The notes below the pieces were generated by a model. That model did not search any database, was not told the DNA's origin, and was given only the letters and a program-made list of their open reading frames with translations. Shown here piece by piece: positions 1 through 11,557 of a stretch of 64,000 nucleotides of DNA (positions within the stretch are counted from its first letter, which is position 1; every line of letters begins with the position of its first letter). The stretch covers positions 109,246,001-109,310,000 of the forward strand of contig NC_045697.1 in the NCBI RefSeq assembly GCF_009834535.1, given 5' to 3'. The position numbers and the translations under genes are program-made. The stretch comes from Camelus ferus. Its lineage: Eukaryota.

Positions 1-1076
1 CTTTATCCAGTAATGACAGCAGGAGGTGGATAACACATAGTTTTGAAAAGATGTACAGGAATAGATTTCTTGGAATGGCTTTATAAGAAAGCCTTTGCAT
101 TTCCTCTGGTTCAAGGGAAACAAGTTTAATTATTCATTGCAGTGTATCTAGAATATGGCCTTTTTATAGCATTAGAGAAAGAATGTCTGGCCTGCGAGGA
201 ATTTGATATGAACTGGAAAATAAAAACCTTCCTAGATCGCAGTGGAAAGTAAAGCACAGTGTCCTATTCCCATCCACAGATGCCGAGGAAGTTAGGGAAA
301 GAGACGAGGAGAGGAGGAAATTCGGAATTACGTGGCATTTCTTGGGGGTATCTGAATGTTTTACAATGAAATTATTTGCAGTTTGATTTATCCAGGGCTG
401 GGACTTGGCCTGTTTCTGGCAGGTCCCTCCTGCCCTCCCTCATTTTTCCCAGCCTTCTTCACACTCACCACACTTTCTGTCTTCTCTCATCCCCTGTGTG
501 TAAAATTTAGGGGTGCTGTGACCCCCTGTGATGTTTCCTACAACTGGGTTTCTCCATACACAGCTCTGAGAAGTGAACTACATGCATTGCAAATTCTTGC
601 ATCTGTGGAAGCAACTTGCCTTTGTCTGCAAGACACATGGTGACCATGCGTCTAAAGAACTGATTGTCTTTTCTTGTCTTATCTTGTGCGCAAGTAAATT
701 GTCGGGGTTGTTTACTGACCTATCTTTGCTTGCGCACACTTAAGTTGTAGGTATTGTTTTTCTTTCTTTTTTTTAAACATTTTTTTATTGAGTAATAGTC
801 ATTTTACAATGTTGAGTCAAATTCCAGTGTAGAGCACAATTTTTCAGTTATACATGAACATACATATATTCATTGTCACATTTTTTTTTCGCTTTGAGCT
901 ACCACAAGATCTTGTATATATTTCCCTGTGCTCTACAGTATAATCTTGTTTATCTATTCTACATTTTAAAATCCCAGTCTGTAGCTTCCCACCTCCCGCC
1001 CCCTTGGCAACCACAAGTTTGTATTCTATGTCTGAGTCTGTTTCTGTTTTGTATTTGTGTTTGTTTGTTTGTTTGT

Positions 1077-1447
1077 TTAGATTCCACATATGAGCGATCT
1101 CATATGATATTTTTCTTTCTCTTTCTGGCTTACTTTACTTAGAATGACATTCTCCAGTGACATCCATGTTGCTGCAAATGGAGTTATGTTGTCGGTTTTT
1201 GTGGCTGAATAGTATTCCATTGTATAAATATACCACTTCTTCTTTATCCAGTCATCTGTTGATGGACTTTTAGGCTGTTTCCATGTCTTGGCTATTGTAA
1301 ATAGTACTACTATGAACATTGGGATGCAGGTGTCATCCTGAAGTAGGGTTCCTTCTGGATATATGCCCAGGAGCGGGATTCCTGGGTCATATGGTAAGTC
1401 TATTCCTAGTCTTTTGAGGAATCTCCATACTGTTTTCCACAGTGGCT
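1077..1447 (-). pseudogene. L1 ORF2 C-terminal remnant
   Basis: Open frame PLWKTVWRFLKRLGIDLPYDPGIPLLGIYP...MFIVVLFTIAKTWKQPK...YTMEYYSA; no EN or RT domain upstream. Confidence 0.9.
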
Positions 1448-1587
1448 TTCCTTGCTTCCCTCTCCCACTCTTAATGATTTAGATGTCTTCTTTTACAATT
1501 TTGTCTTTATTCTTTTTGTAATTCATGGCAGTTATCTCCTTTCCAGTTATGAGTTTCTCATTTTTGTAGCATCTTTCTTCTTTTTAT

Positions 1588-2490
1588 TTAGAGTAGACCT
1601 GTGAATATTTCTTTTAGCATGGGTTTAGTATTGCTAAACTCTTTTAGTTTTTGCTTGTCTATGAAGTTCTTTATCTCTCCTTCTATTCTAAAGGATAGCC
1701 TTGCTGGATAGAGTATCCTAGGCTGCATCTTTTCTTCATTCAGGACTTTGAATATATCTTGCCACTCCCTTCTGGCCTGTAGTGTTTGTGTAGAGAAATC
1801 AGCTGAGAGCCTTATGGGGGTTCCCTTGTAACTCACTCTTTGTTTTTGTCTTGCTGCCTTTAGGATCATTTCTTTATCCTTGACTCTTGCCATCTTGATT
1901 AGGATATGTCTTAGTGTGGGTCTGTTTGGGTTCTTCCTGTTTGGGACCCTCTGAGCCTCCTGTACTTGGATATCTGATTCCTTCTTTAGGTTTGGGAAGT
2001 TTTCAGTCATGATTTCTTCAAATACCTTTTCAATCCCCTTTGTTCTTTCTTCCCCTTCTGGAACCCCTATTGTGCGTAGATTGGCACACTTTATATTATC
2101 CCATAGGTCCCTTATATTGTTTTCATTGTTTTTTATTTGTTTTTCTCTCAGCTGTTCTGATTGGGTGCTTTCTGTTGTCCTGTCTTCTAGGTCACTTATT
2201 CGTTCCTCTGCATTATCTAGCCTGCTTTGCACAGCCTTTAGGTCAGCTCTCATCTCAGCAAATGAGTTTACTAATTCTACTTGGTTCTTCTTCATAGCTT
2301 CTGTTTCATTTTTGACATATTTTATATCTCTAAACACTGTTTCTTTTAGTTCCTTCAGTACTTTGATTACTCCTTTTTTGAAATCTTGATCTAGTAGGCC
2401 ATCAATGCCTATTTCCTTGATCGTGCTTTCAGGGGATTTCTCTTGATCTCTTAATTGGGAGTGGTTCCTCTGCTTCTTCATATTGCTCAT
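1588..2490 (-). CDS. L1 ORF1p (coiled coil, RRM, CTD), 300 aa, uninterrupted
   Basis: ORF track contains LRTIGVPEGEE, ENFPNL, PIRLSADFS, ARREW and ILYPARLSF motifs typical of ORF1p. Confidence 0.93.
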   Translation of the reverse strand: MSNMKKQRNHSQLRDQEKSPESTIKEIGIDGLLDQDFKKGVIKVLKELKETVFRDIKYVKNETEAMKKNQVELVNSFAEMRADLKAVQSRLDNAEERISDLEDRTTESTQSEQLREKQIKNNENNIRDLWDNIKCANLRTIGVPEGEERTKGIEKVFEEIMTENFPNLKKESDIQVQEAQRVPNRKNPNRPTLRHILIKMARVKDKEMILKAARQKQRVSYKGTPIRLSADFSTQTLQARREWQDIFKVLNEEKMQPRILYPARLSFRIEGEIKNFIDKQKLKEFSNTKPMLKEIFTGLL

Positions 2491-3794
2491 ATCTCTCAGT
2501 CACTGTGGCCAGTGGGCGGGCAGGTCACTCCCCTTCCCAATGCCATAGTCAGATGCTGCGCTTGGGCAAGGCAGGTGGGTGGATCGCAACCCCTTCCAGC
2601 ACTGTGGTCAGGTGCTGCGTTCCTGCCAGGAAGGCAGATGGCCACCCGCCCTCTCCCAGCACTGGTCGCTCCGCTGCTCTGTGCAGTTGCCCGCTCTGCC
2701 TCGGGTGGGTGCTCCGCAGGTGGGCTCAGGGAAGACCGCGGAACTGCCCCGCCCCTGCTCTGTGCCAAATCTCAGCTCGTTTGTCTTGGCATCATGAGTT
2801 CTCTGAGGTGCCAGGGCAGAAAGATCTTATCTGCTTTGGGCTGTAAACAAGTCTCAGTCCTGCCTAGGAGGTTGCAGAGCCCCTGGGTGTGGATTCAGGT
2901 CTTGGCCCCGCCCCTGCCCGGTCGCTGTGCACAGAAGGAGATGGTGGCTGTGGCTTCACCCTGCCTCTCTTCTCACGAGAAGCACCAGTAATGGCGCCAC
3001 GGGTCTGAGAAGATAAAGGCTACAGCGCCCCTCCCCCCAGGGCACACCAGCAGTGTTGCTTTGCTTTTTTCACAATTTATGGGGGACCAAGGTTGTTCTG
3101 CTCCATATCCCCTCCCAGCCACAGCGCGCAGCCCCCTGCAGTCCCCCGGGGCTTCCTCCGTGCAGCCGCCCCAGTCCTCCACCTGGCTCCGGCCACCTGG
3201 CCCGGCCCCAGCTGCCGGCTCGCGTCTCAGGCTGGGTGTTGCAGGGACCCTCTGTGCCCATTTAACTCAGTTCTGTTGGCCAAGGGGTTCTCAGGGCAGA
3301 TCTGAGTCTCGGAGGCTCCCCCTCCATCCCGCTGGCCTCTCCGTTGGAGAGGGGAGACCCAGTGAACAAGTGGTATTACTCCTTTGTGCTCCCTCCCTGC
3401 GGGACCGCTCCTGCACTGTTTGGTTTTTTCTTCTTTCTTTTTTCCTTTTCTCCTACCAGATTTTTAGTGTCTTTGTCTTTCGAAGAGGGCGATGTTCTGT
3501 CGGAGTTTGGCAAGTGCTCTGGTTGGCTGAGTGGGTCCATAGGTGTGAGTTTTGGTGTATTTGTGGGAGAGGGTGAGTTACGAGCATCCTTCTACTCCGC
3601 CATCTTGCTTCTCTCCAGTATTGTTTTTCTTTTATGAGATTTCTGCTGTTCTTGGGTCAGTCAGTACCCTTGTTAAAACTAGTCAGGCTTGAATTAGACA
3701 CTGAGTTAGGGTCTGATGGACTCATGGACTGGATTTCCCTTTGAGGCCAAATCCATGAAAGGAAGTGCAACCATTTCCTTACGCTTGATCGAAA

Positions 3795-4122
3795 GTGGGC
3801 AAACCATGGCCTGTGGGCCAAATCTGGCCGCTGCCTGTTTTAGTACAGCCAGGGAGTGAAGAATGGTTTTTATGTTTTTAAATGCTTGGGGGGAAAAAGT
3901 CAAAAGAAAAATCAATTTTTGTGCCTATGAAAGTTACATAAAATTTCACCTTCAGGGTTTATAAATGCACTTGTCCTGCAGCACAGCTCCACTGCCTCGT
4001 ATACCATCCATGGCTGTTTTCACTATACACAAGGGCTGAGCGGTTGTAACAGGAATGTGTGGCCCATGAAGTCTAAGGCATTTACTGTTGGGACCTTTAC
4101 AGAGAAAGCGTGCTGACCCCCA
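3795..4122. mobile_element. hAT-Charlie MITE, MER58-like
   Basis: GGCAAAC..GGCCTGTGGGCCAAATCTGGCC start and TTTACAGAGAAAG..TGCTGACCCC end resemble the MER58 consensus as recalled. Confidence 0.7.
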
Positions 4123-4179
4123 GGCTTGAGTAATTAAAACCACCACCAAGGGGCGGGGGCAGGGGTGGGGTTTGGGTGT

Positions 4180-4300
4180 TGGTGGAAGGATATAGCTCAG
4201 TGGTAGAGTGTGTGCTTAGCATGCATGAAGTCCTGGGTTCAATCCCCAGTACCTAATTACACACCACCCCCAAAAAAGAAACAGAAAAAAAAAAAAAAAA
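4180..4300 (+). mobile_element. tRNA-derived SINE (camelid Vic-1 type)
   Basis: A box TAGCTCAGTGG, B box GGTTCAATCCC, A tail, flanking CACCACCA duplication. Confidence 0.9.
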
Positions 4301-5654
4301 CACCACCACAGTTGATGTCTTTTGAGTCCTACTGCATGCCAGGCATGGCTCAGCATCCTTCAGGCATCAGCTTAGTTCATCCTTGTAACCACCCTACAAG
4401 GTGTAACTCTTCTATCGCCTTTTAACAGATGAGGAAAAGGAGAGTCAGGCAGGTGGTATAATTTCCCCAAATCAATCTGCCAGTCAGGGTCGGAGCTGGG
4501 ATATGGACACACATCTGTCTGATTCCAGAGTCAGGAACACCATCCACCATGGAACAGCATTCCAGGTGGCTGGACTGACACCTCCGAGCATCCTTGCTGG
4601 CTGGGTCTGCGGTGGAGGGCACAGATAAAGACTGCTTATTTGATATCACACTTGTTTTCATTTTTATTAATGTAACTGATGTTTCACTGAGACTTTGTCT
4701 CTCATGAGAGCACACCAATTCCTTAAAGTTGGCGACTGACTGTGGACCCCAGCACAATGCCTAGTACATGGTAGAGCTAAATTAAAAGCTGTTTGAATGA
4801 AGGAAGTGGGTGGGGAGTCAGGAGAAGGCAGGAGAATAGGGAAGAAGGGAGACAGGAAGAGGAAAGACATTATCAAGGAGGAGTCCGACTTCCCCTGCAC
4901 TGGCCCTCAGGACAGCGATGACTCCACCTGGAACCAAGGTGACTCACCCTGTCCTGGCCCAACCTGACCGGCCTGCACACCTCTTCTGCTGTAAGCCTAG
5001 CTCCTCCTATTTGCCTGCCCCTGCTCCCCTCACCCCAGGTGTCACTGTGGCTTCCTGGCACCCAGCCCAGACACATTGCCAGCCACTGCAGGAAAAGGCT
5101 GGGTGAGTGGGTGTTTGCTTTAGAGCACGTGCATTCAGAGGAGGACATGAAAGCGAGGCCTCCCATCCTCACATCCAGAGATGGTGAGCTCCATCAAAGG
5201 GAAAAACCTGGACTCTGCAAAGGTGCCAGAAGGAATCCTTTCTCTTCTTATCTTTCCAAGAAGGCTGCTGACTCTCCAGGCCAGAGCTGGCCCATGAGGA
5301 CTCGTTCCCACTGGCCGATGACCAGCAGAAAGTACCAGGGCTCTTTCTTTCAGGTGCAGGTGGGCTTGGAGCAGAGACCCCCCTTCCTTTCCGGGACTGA
5401 CCTGTGATTAGGAGTTGGTGTGAGGACTCACCAAGAGCAACAAAGTAGCACTGCAGTCTCTTTCTCAGCTGTGTCAAAGCCAGCCGGGAGATACCCTGCT
5501 AAGTGGGTGACAGGCCAGTGGAGGCGGTGTGCTGCCAGGACGATAAAAGTGAACAGATAGCGCATTTCTGATTTTGCATGATTCTGCCCACTCTCATTTA
5601 ATGGTTTATTTTAGTTGGTATAAGAAAAGAATTAATAGGGAGTAGTATATTATT

Positions 5655-5769
5655 TTTTAAATAGTTACTTTATTTTTATTTTTGAAATGGAGGTACTGGG
5701 GATTGAACCCAGGACCTTGTGCATTTTAAGCACGTGCTCTACCACTGAGCTGTAACCACCCAACCCACC
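5655..5769 (-). mobile_element. tRNA-derived SINE (Vic-1 type)
   Basis: GGAGGTACTGGGGATTGAACCCAGG; TSD GAGTAGTA(T/C)ATTATT at 5640-5654 and 5770-5784. Confidence 0.9.
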
Positions 5770-5899
5770 GAGTAGTACATTATTAATCCATTCATTCATC
5801 AAAAAAAATGTTTATTGAAGCTGTAGGGGCTAGGTTCTAGGAATCCAAAAGGGAATCATTTTTCCCAAAGGAACTCAAATGTAGTAGTGGCAGGACTGC

Positions 5900-6130
5900 T
5901 AGTACCACTACCCTAGCAATACCCAGTGTCAGGTACTGGGTGGGGTAGGTTCTCTTCATAGACTAATCTATTTCCTTCTCACAATAACCCATTATTATCC
6001 CCATTATACAGATGAGGAAACTGAGGCACAGAGAGGTTAAATTACCTACTCCAAGTCTTAAGTGGCAGAGCCAGAACTCAAATCCACCCTGGCACTAAGG
6101 CCCATACTCTCCACCACCGCCCCACACAGC
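5900..6130. mobile_element. MIR SINE remnant
   Basis: MIR core CCCATTATACAGATGAGGAAACTGAGGCACAGAGAGGTTAA. Confidence 0.75.
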
Positions 6131-6599
6131 TTCTGGTCACAGTTACTTGAGACTTGTGGTGCACTGAGCATGGTGCCAAGGCACTTACTCCTATAGCATT
6201 CAATCATCACCACAGCCTTATGAGGCGATGGTTTACAAATGAGATTACAGAGGCAATGAGCAGCCTGAATGTAGAGCAAATACAGATGTGTCTCCAGAGC
6301 CTGTGCCTTAATTACAACTTCATGCTGAGATTCCTAATATGATTCTAATCCAGGTGACCAGTGTGGTGTGATGCCACATATGGTGCTTAAGAAAATACTC
6401 TCTCCTGATTACAGGTACGGGGGAGGCAGCCTCCTCCGGGTGATGTCAAGTTCCGCCATCCTCAGATTATCTCCCCCTGCCAAGATGCCTGGACTCCGAC
6501 TTTAGTACCACCCTCTGGGTTAAAAGAACCGAGCCCTAGAAGTCCTCAGGAAACTCAGGCATGTTAACGAGAGAAAGTCCCAGCCTGACTCTGTGGCAC

Positions 6600-7455
6600 T
6601 TTGGTCACGTGAGCTCAGACAGGGAAACCTGCCGGGCCGGAAGGCGGGAGAGCCGCAGTCCCAGGGGATGGAAAGGGCCGCAGTGGGCGCACCCACATCA
6701 GCCGAGGGGGCAGGTCTGGGCAATACCCCAGCTCACAGCCTTTACTGCTGTCACTGCATAAAAAGGCCTGACTCTCCCTCTGCGCCCCTCTCCGTCCCTG
6801 GCGCTGCCATCGCCACACTTAAATCAGTTATTTTATACAGTGGTCCTGTCTCCCGGTGAGAAATAAGGTCAGAAAAGAAAACTCCCCGGGTAGGGGGGAA
6901 AAGATGCAGAATGTGAGCAGAGCCGCGGACATCTCTCTGGAGGACGCTGCCTGGGGGAGGAGTCTGTTGCCATGGAAACCACCGCCAGGCGGGCGGTGGG
7001 ACCGGTGAATGCTCTCGGGGCTCCGGCTGGTCTGGGAAGCCAGGGCTGCGGGAGGTTGGCCCGTGTGTGTGATTTTTACCGTAGACTAGAGTTCTAGAAG
7101 CAGAATTATTTTGTCAACAGCATGAACTTTTTGAAGGTTGTCTCTGAACTGCATGTCGGTTAAAAAATAATCCATTTCGTGGGACGGAGAGGAAAGAGTG
7201 CGGGGAAGAGGAAGTCCGCGTCCAGTCAGGCATTATTAGCGGCGCACCCACATCGGCCACCTCCCGGCTCCCGGCGCCTGTCGGTCCCGGCTCTGCCCCG
7301 CCCAGCTCAGGTCTGGCCTCGGCCGGGCCGTCACCGAGGGAAATTTGCTGCCTAGAATCCCTGACTCCAAATTCCAACCTGGCAGTCAGAACCACTGCAC
7401 TGATTAATTAAACCCCGTGAGCCGCTGAGGCAAGCAGGAACTTGGCACCGCCGTG
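6600..7455 (+). promoter_or_regulatory. CpG-rich non-repeat region, candidate alternative TRIM2 promoter/enhancer
   Basis: High CpG density; E-box GTCACGTGA 6604-6612; RFX X-box GTTGCCATGGAAAC 6966-6979; GC box CCCCGCCC ~7296; ETS-like GGAAG cores. Confidence 0.65.
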
Positions 7456-8295
7456 AATTTAATTGTCCAGATGAAAATTGTGACGGTGAAACTGCTTTAG
7501 AGAAAAAACAACACCTGGTACTGATGTGCTCATCCGTGTGGACATCAGTCTAACTGAGGATCCGGAGTTAGGGCTGGGAAGTTACCTTCCGGGTATACTC
7601 CGGACAGGCAGTCAGCTTAAAATTAGCCAGGCCAAACACTGGCAAAACAAAAGAGCTGTTTGCTTGCTTGCTTTTGATTGTTATTTTTGTCAGAGAGCAA
7701 GACAAAGAATAAGGCGAGGGTAGCATACTGCTCGGGTGTGGTGTATGAGGGATCGCAGAGCCTTGTGTTTTGCTTGGGTCTTCTCTGTAAAGGACATCTT
7801 CAGGCTGAGAAGGGGCTTCTGAAGCCTCATAAGAAAGAACTCAGACCTGGGCTGGCCAGCACACCTGCGGTCGTGGGTTCAAGCTGCCAGTCAGACTCCC
7901 AAGACACCAAGAGGCTTTAATTTAATAATATGGTTAGTAAGCACTGGCAAAGGATACAAAGCAAGAGATACAGCACGTGCATCTCACTGGGAGGCCCAGA
8001 AGCTTCTTTTCCCCCTCACCCACTTCGGGTATGTACGAAGGATGAAAGCCAAGGTGTGTGGGACTCACCTTGACACATACAAGTCATAGAGCCTTTTTCC
8101 CGCCAATCTTTTATGCCATCCTAATTATGTAAGCACCGGACAGCTCCTCTAATGCACATCATAAACAAGGCAGATGGAGCATTCTCCATTTATCTCAACT
8201 TTGCTTTTGAGAGACCAGTGCTGTAGGAAGGCCAGGTCATTCTCAGGTGGGCCTGGGTCAGCCCAGGCCTCACGTTACCTTTTACCCACAGTAGA

Positions 8296-8770
8296 TGTTA
8301 TGGGTCAAATTATGTCCTTCAAAAAGAGGTGTGAAAGTCCCAAACCCCAGTACCTATGAATGTGACCTTATTTAGAAATAAGATCTTTGCAGATGTAGCT
8401 AGTTAAGATGAGCTTATATGCTATAGGGATGGGCCCTCATCCAATGACAGGTGTCCTTATGAGAAGGAAAAACAGAGACAGGGCAGGGAGTGGCTCGTGA
8501 AGACAGGTATGTTCAGTGAGAAGGTGGCCATGTAACAGCAGGGGTGGAGATTGGAGTGAGGTACCTACCAGCCAAGGAATGCTGGGGCTATAAGATAACA
8601 GAAGAGATAAGGAAGGATCGTCCCCTGGAATCATTGGAGGGAGCTTGACCCTGCCAATACGTTGATTTTTGTACTTCTAGCCCCCAAAAGCGTGAGGGAA
8701 TAAATCTTTTTTGTTATAATTCATCCCAGTCTATGGTACTTTGTTTTAGCACCCCTAGGGAACAAATACA
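8296..8770 (+). mobile_element. MaLR solo LTR (MLT1 family)
   Basis: TG...CA ends, near-TSD GTAGA/GTAGG, MLT1 motif GAATGTGACCTTATTTAGAAATAAGATCTTTGCAGATGTA, AATAAA near the 3' end. Confidence 0.85.
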
Positions 8771-10907
8771 GTAGGTAAAAATAGAAAATTCAGTTGCTCT
8801 CCATACATTTTAAGTCCTCTGGCTTCAACAAATGATAGTCCAAGTTTTTGAAAGGATGCAGAGCGCAGATAGCCACATCCTAGACCTGGATTTTTATGAG
8901 ATCTTAGGGAAAAGGGGAATTTCTTAAAGACTGGAGATAGGCAAGTATACTTTTTATTTACAAAGATCACAGCCACAAATTGTAGGCAAAGGAACTCTAT
9001 CAAACATAATTTTATAGAGGAATATTAATGGGATGGTTTCCAAGCACCTAGAAAAGGAAGCATCCTGGGTTCCTTGAGAATAAATGATATCTGACCAATT
9101 GGAATTCCTTTTCTGATGGAGTTGTTAGACATAGATTGTAGTTATCTGTTCCCTATGATCCAACATGACAAAAGTGCCAGGAAAGATAGGGTGAACACAG
9201 AGGTCATGATAAAAGGATAAGGCCGAGATCAGGGGAAGGGATGGGTCTCACTGTCTTCTGTGCTGGGCAGCCACACCTGGATTATGTCGTGGATATGGGG
9301 CAGCACCTTGTAGAAACACACAGGCATCTGGAGGGAATACCAGATGGGGAGTCAGAGTGCTCGATCTGGGTCACCTTTACTGCAAGACTCTGCCTGTCTG
9401 GGAAGGACTATCTTGACACATGACACCCAGTCAACATGCCTGTGACTTGGAAGCAGGCAACTCTGTCCCCAGGAGTGATTTTTGAGAGGTTCCACTGATG
9501 TCTTATTTATTTTTGTGTCATCAGTGCCTGGTACACCACCTGGCACATAATTATTTGTGAAATGTTTAATATTAAGTGGTAACCCCAAGGCCAGGCCAGT
9601 TCTGGTGTGAGTTCTCGGGCTGTAACTTTGTCAGCTGGTGCCCTGGTTAATCTGTTTTTATCCATATAACCCCACTAGGTTAAGGCCAACTTGGACCATC
9701 TCTCTTCTTAAGGACACTTGAAGGGCAGGTCATTTCTGTTTCATCACTGTTATTTTCAAACAGTTCTGTTTGGTCTAGGACCTCCCCAAAGCCACTGAAG
9801 AATGGCCCTTAACCCCCTATGTTGGGGAGGGGTTTCTCCCCAGGACCTCTGCCAGTGGAGGGGAAGGAACCTCTTGGGGTCCAACCCAAACCACTTACCC
9901 AAACTGATCACAATGGGTCTGGACTGGCGGGAAGAGGCTGGTTCTGAGGGGTCACGCCCGGCATGCTGACCAGTGAAATCCAGCATAACAATATCTCTTC
10001 TCCAATCACTCAGACCTGAATTGAAGTCTGGAAGTAACTGTTCCTTACCATCTTCTTTCAGAAGACCATTTGGGCACAATTTTCATAGAGGTCTTTGAAA
10101 GCAAAGAGAGGGAAAAAAACAAACCTAAATGACGCTTGCATTAGGCAGACTTTATAGGTTCCTGATTTCGGGCTGTCTCTTCCTAGTTGATTATATTCAT
10201 CTCTCACTGAAATGAGATGAATTCTCATGTCACCTCCCTGATCAACTGGCTTTGTTCCACTGCAGAATTGTCTGGTAGCTGTCGCTGCTCTTGCCCATCC
10301 TAGAAGGGCATCGTGGCCCATTGAAAGGGGAACTCTGCCAGTCACAAAGCCTGAAGTCACCTCTACTGCATAGTGGCTGCTCCACTCTGGGCTGGTCCCA
10401 TAACCTCAGTTTCCACTAAAATAATAATACTATCTGCTCTGTCTCTGGGTTTGCTTTGCTTTGTATTATGAAGGTGCTTTCTACATTCTAAACCACCAAG
10501 CAGATGTGAAGAATTGCCTTTCCCTAATGGTGTCTCATCCGGCTCTTCTCCAGTTCTGAGATGCGCGTTTACCCATACATCATGTTATGTCACTCATCCA
10601 TTTGTAGAAGGCTTTCCATCATTCCTCATCTACTTATTATGTGACAGGCACTGCATAGGGACTGAGGAGTTCGAGGTAAAACATGGAGCTGTCAGTCCTT
10701 TTCAGCAAGAATTCTGGAAGCATATGGTGATGACACCCAATCCAGACAGGCGTGGGAGGGTCTGGGATTGGAGGCGTCGCAGAGAATCCTTCCTAGAGTG
10801 CCTGGTGTCTTTGCTGAGTTCTGGACGATCTGAAGGAGTTAATCAGGGGAAGGAGTCCGGAGAGGATGAACATTCCTCTCAGGACAAATGGCATGTGAGC
10901 CTAGAGA

Positions 10908-11150
10908 ACAGTGTTTCTCAAAGTGGGTGCTCTTGGCAATATGTGGGGACACGTATTTGCATGAGACTCTCCCATGCATTGGAGGAAGGCTGGCTGGCAT
11001 CCCTCTCTCCAGGCACTAAGTGTCTCCGCCCACAGCCTGCAAACACACCATCAATGTGACAGCCAGAAATGCCCCTTCTCATTTCCAAATGCATACCCTC
11101 CCACTCCATCAAGGGGGTTCATGCCCTTCCCTGGTTGAGAACCAATGCTC
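10908..11150. mobile_element. hAT-Charlie MITE (MER20B-like)
   Basis: TIR-like CAGTGTTTCTCAA ... TTGAGAACCAATG. Confidence 0.6.
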
Positions 11151-11485
11151 AAAAATGCATGGGGACATGACTGAGGAACCAAAGTGTGAATGGGGAGAAC
11201 AGAAAGTGGGAAAAAAATGAAGAAGGCAGAGGTCAGATCATAAATGGCCTTATATGATGTCCTAAGGAGTTTATTTTCTAGGAGAAATGCCTGTGATTGG
11301 GGATAGATAGGCCGTATATAAAGGGCTTGGAGTGAACCTGGCACATAATACATGGTCAGTAATTTCAGATTTCCCTCTCTCCCAGGATCCTGCCAAACCC
11401 ACTTTAGTTAGCACATATCCAGTTCTTATGCACATGTCCTTTCTGTATACTTCCCCAGCGTTCATCGTAGTCAAACTGGGTGATG

Positions 11486-11557
11486 ACAGTTAATCCCTCA
11501 TGTTTATTCTCTGGAAGGGAAACACAGTTAATCCCTCATGTTTATTTTCTGAAGGGA
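11486..11557. repeat. Tandem duplication of ~35 bp
   Basis: ACAGTTAATCCCTCATGTTTATT(C/T)TCTG(G)AAGGGA at 11486-11520 and 11524-11557. Confidence 0.9.

Larger units (their letters stand above)
766..3617 (-). mobile_element. LINE-1, internally deleted (5'UTR + ORF1 + part of inter-ORF spacer + last ~123 codons of ORF2 + 3'UTR/polyA)
   Basis: 15-bp TSD GTATTGTTTTTCTTT at 751-765 and 3618-3632. YY1-type CAAGATGGCG at the 5' end (3598-3607). GC-rich 5'UTR, intact ORF1, ORF2 C-terminus (PLWKTVWRFLK...YTMEYYSA...SLICGI*), A-rich tail. Confidence 0.95.

Noticed and set aside
2009..3637. Plus-strand ORFs of 113-178 aa within the L1
   Set aside because: Antisense shadows of ORF1 and of the GC-rich 5'UTR; no evidence they are ORF0-like proteins.
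10514..11059. 181-aa ORF
   Set aside because: Non-ATG start, overlaps L2/MER20-like repeat remnants, no domain similarity.
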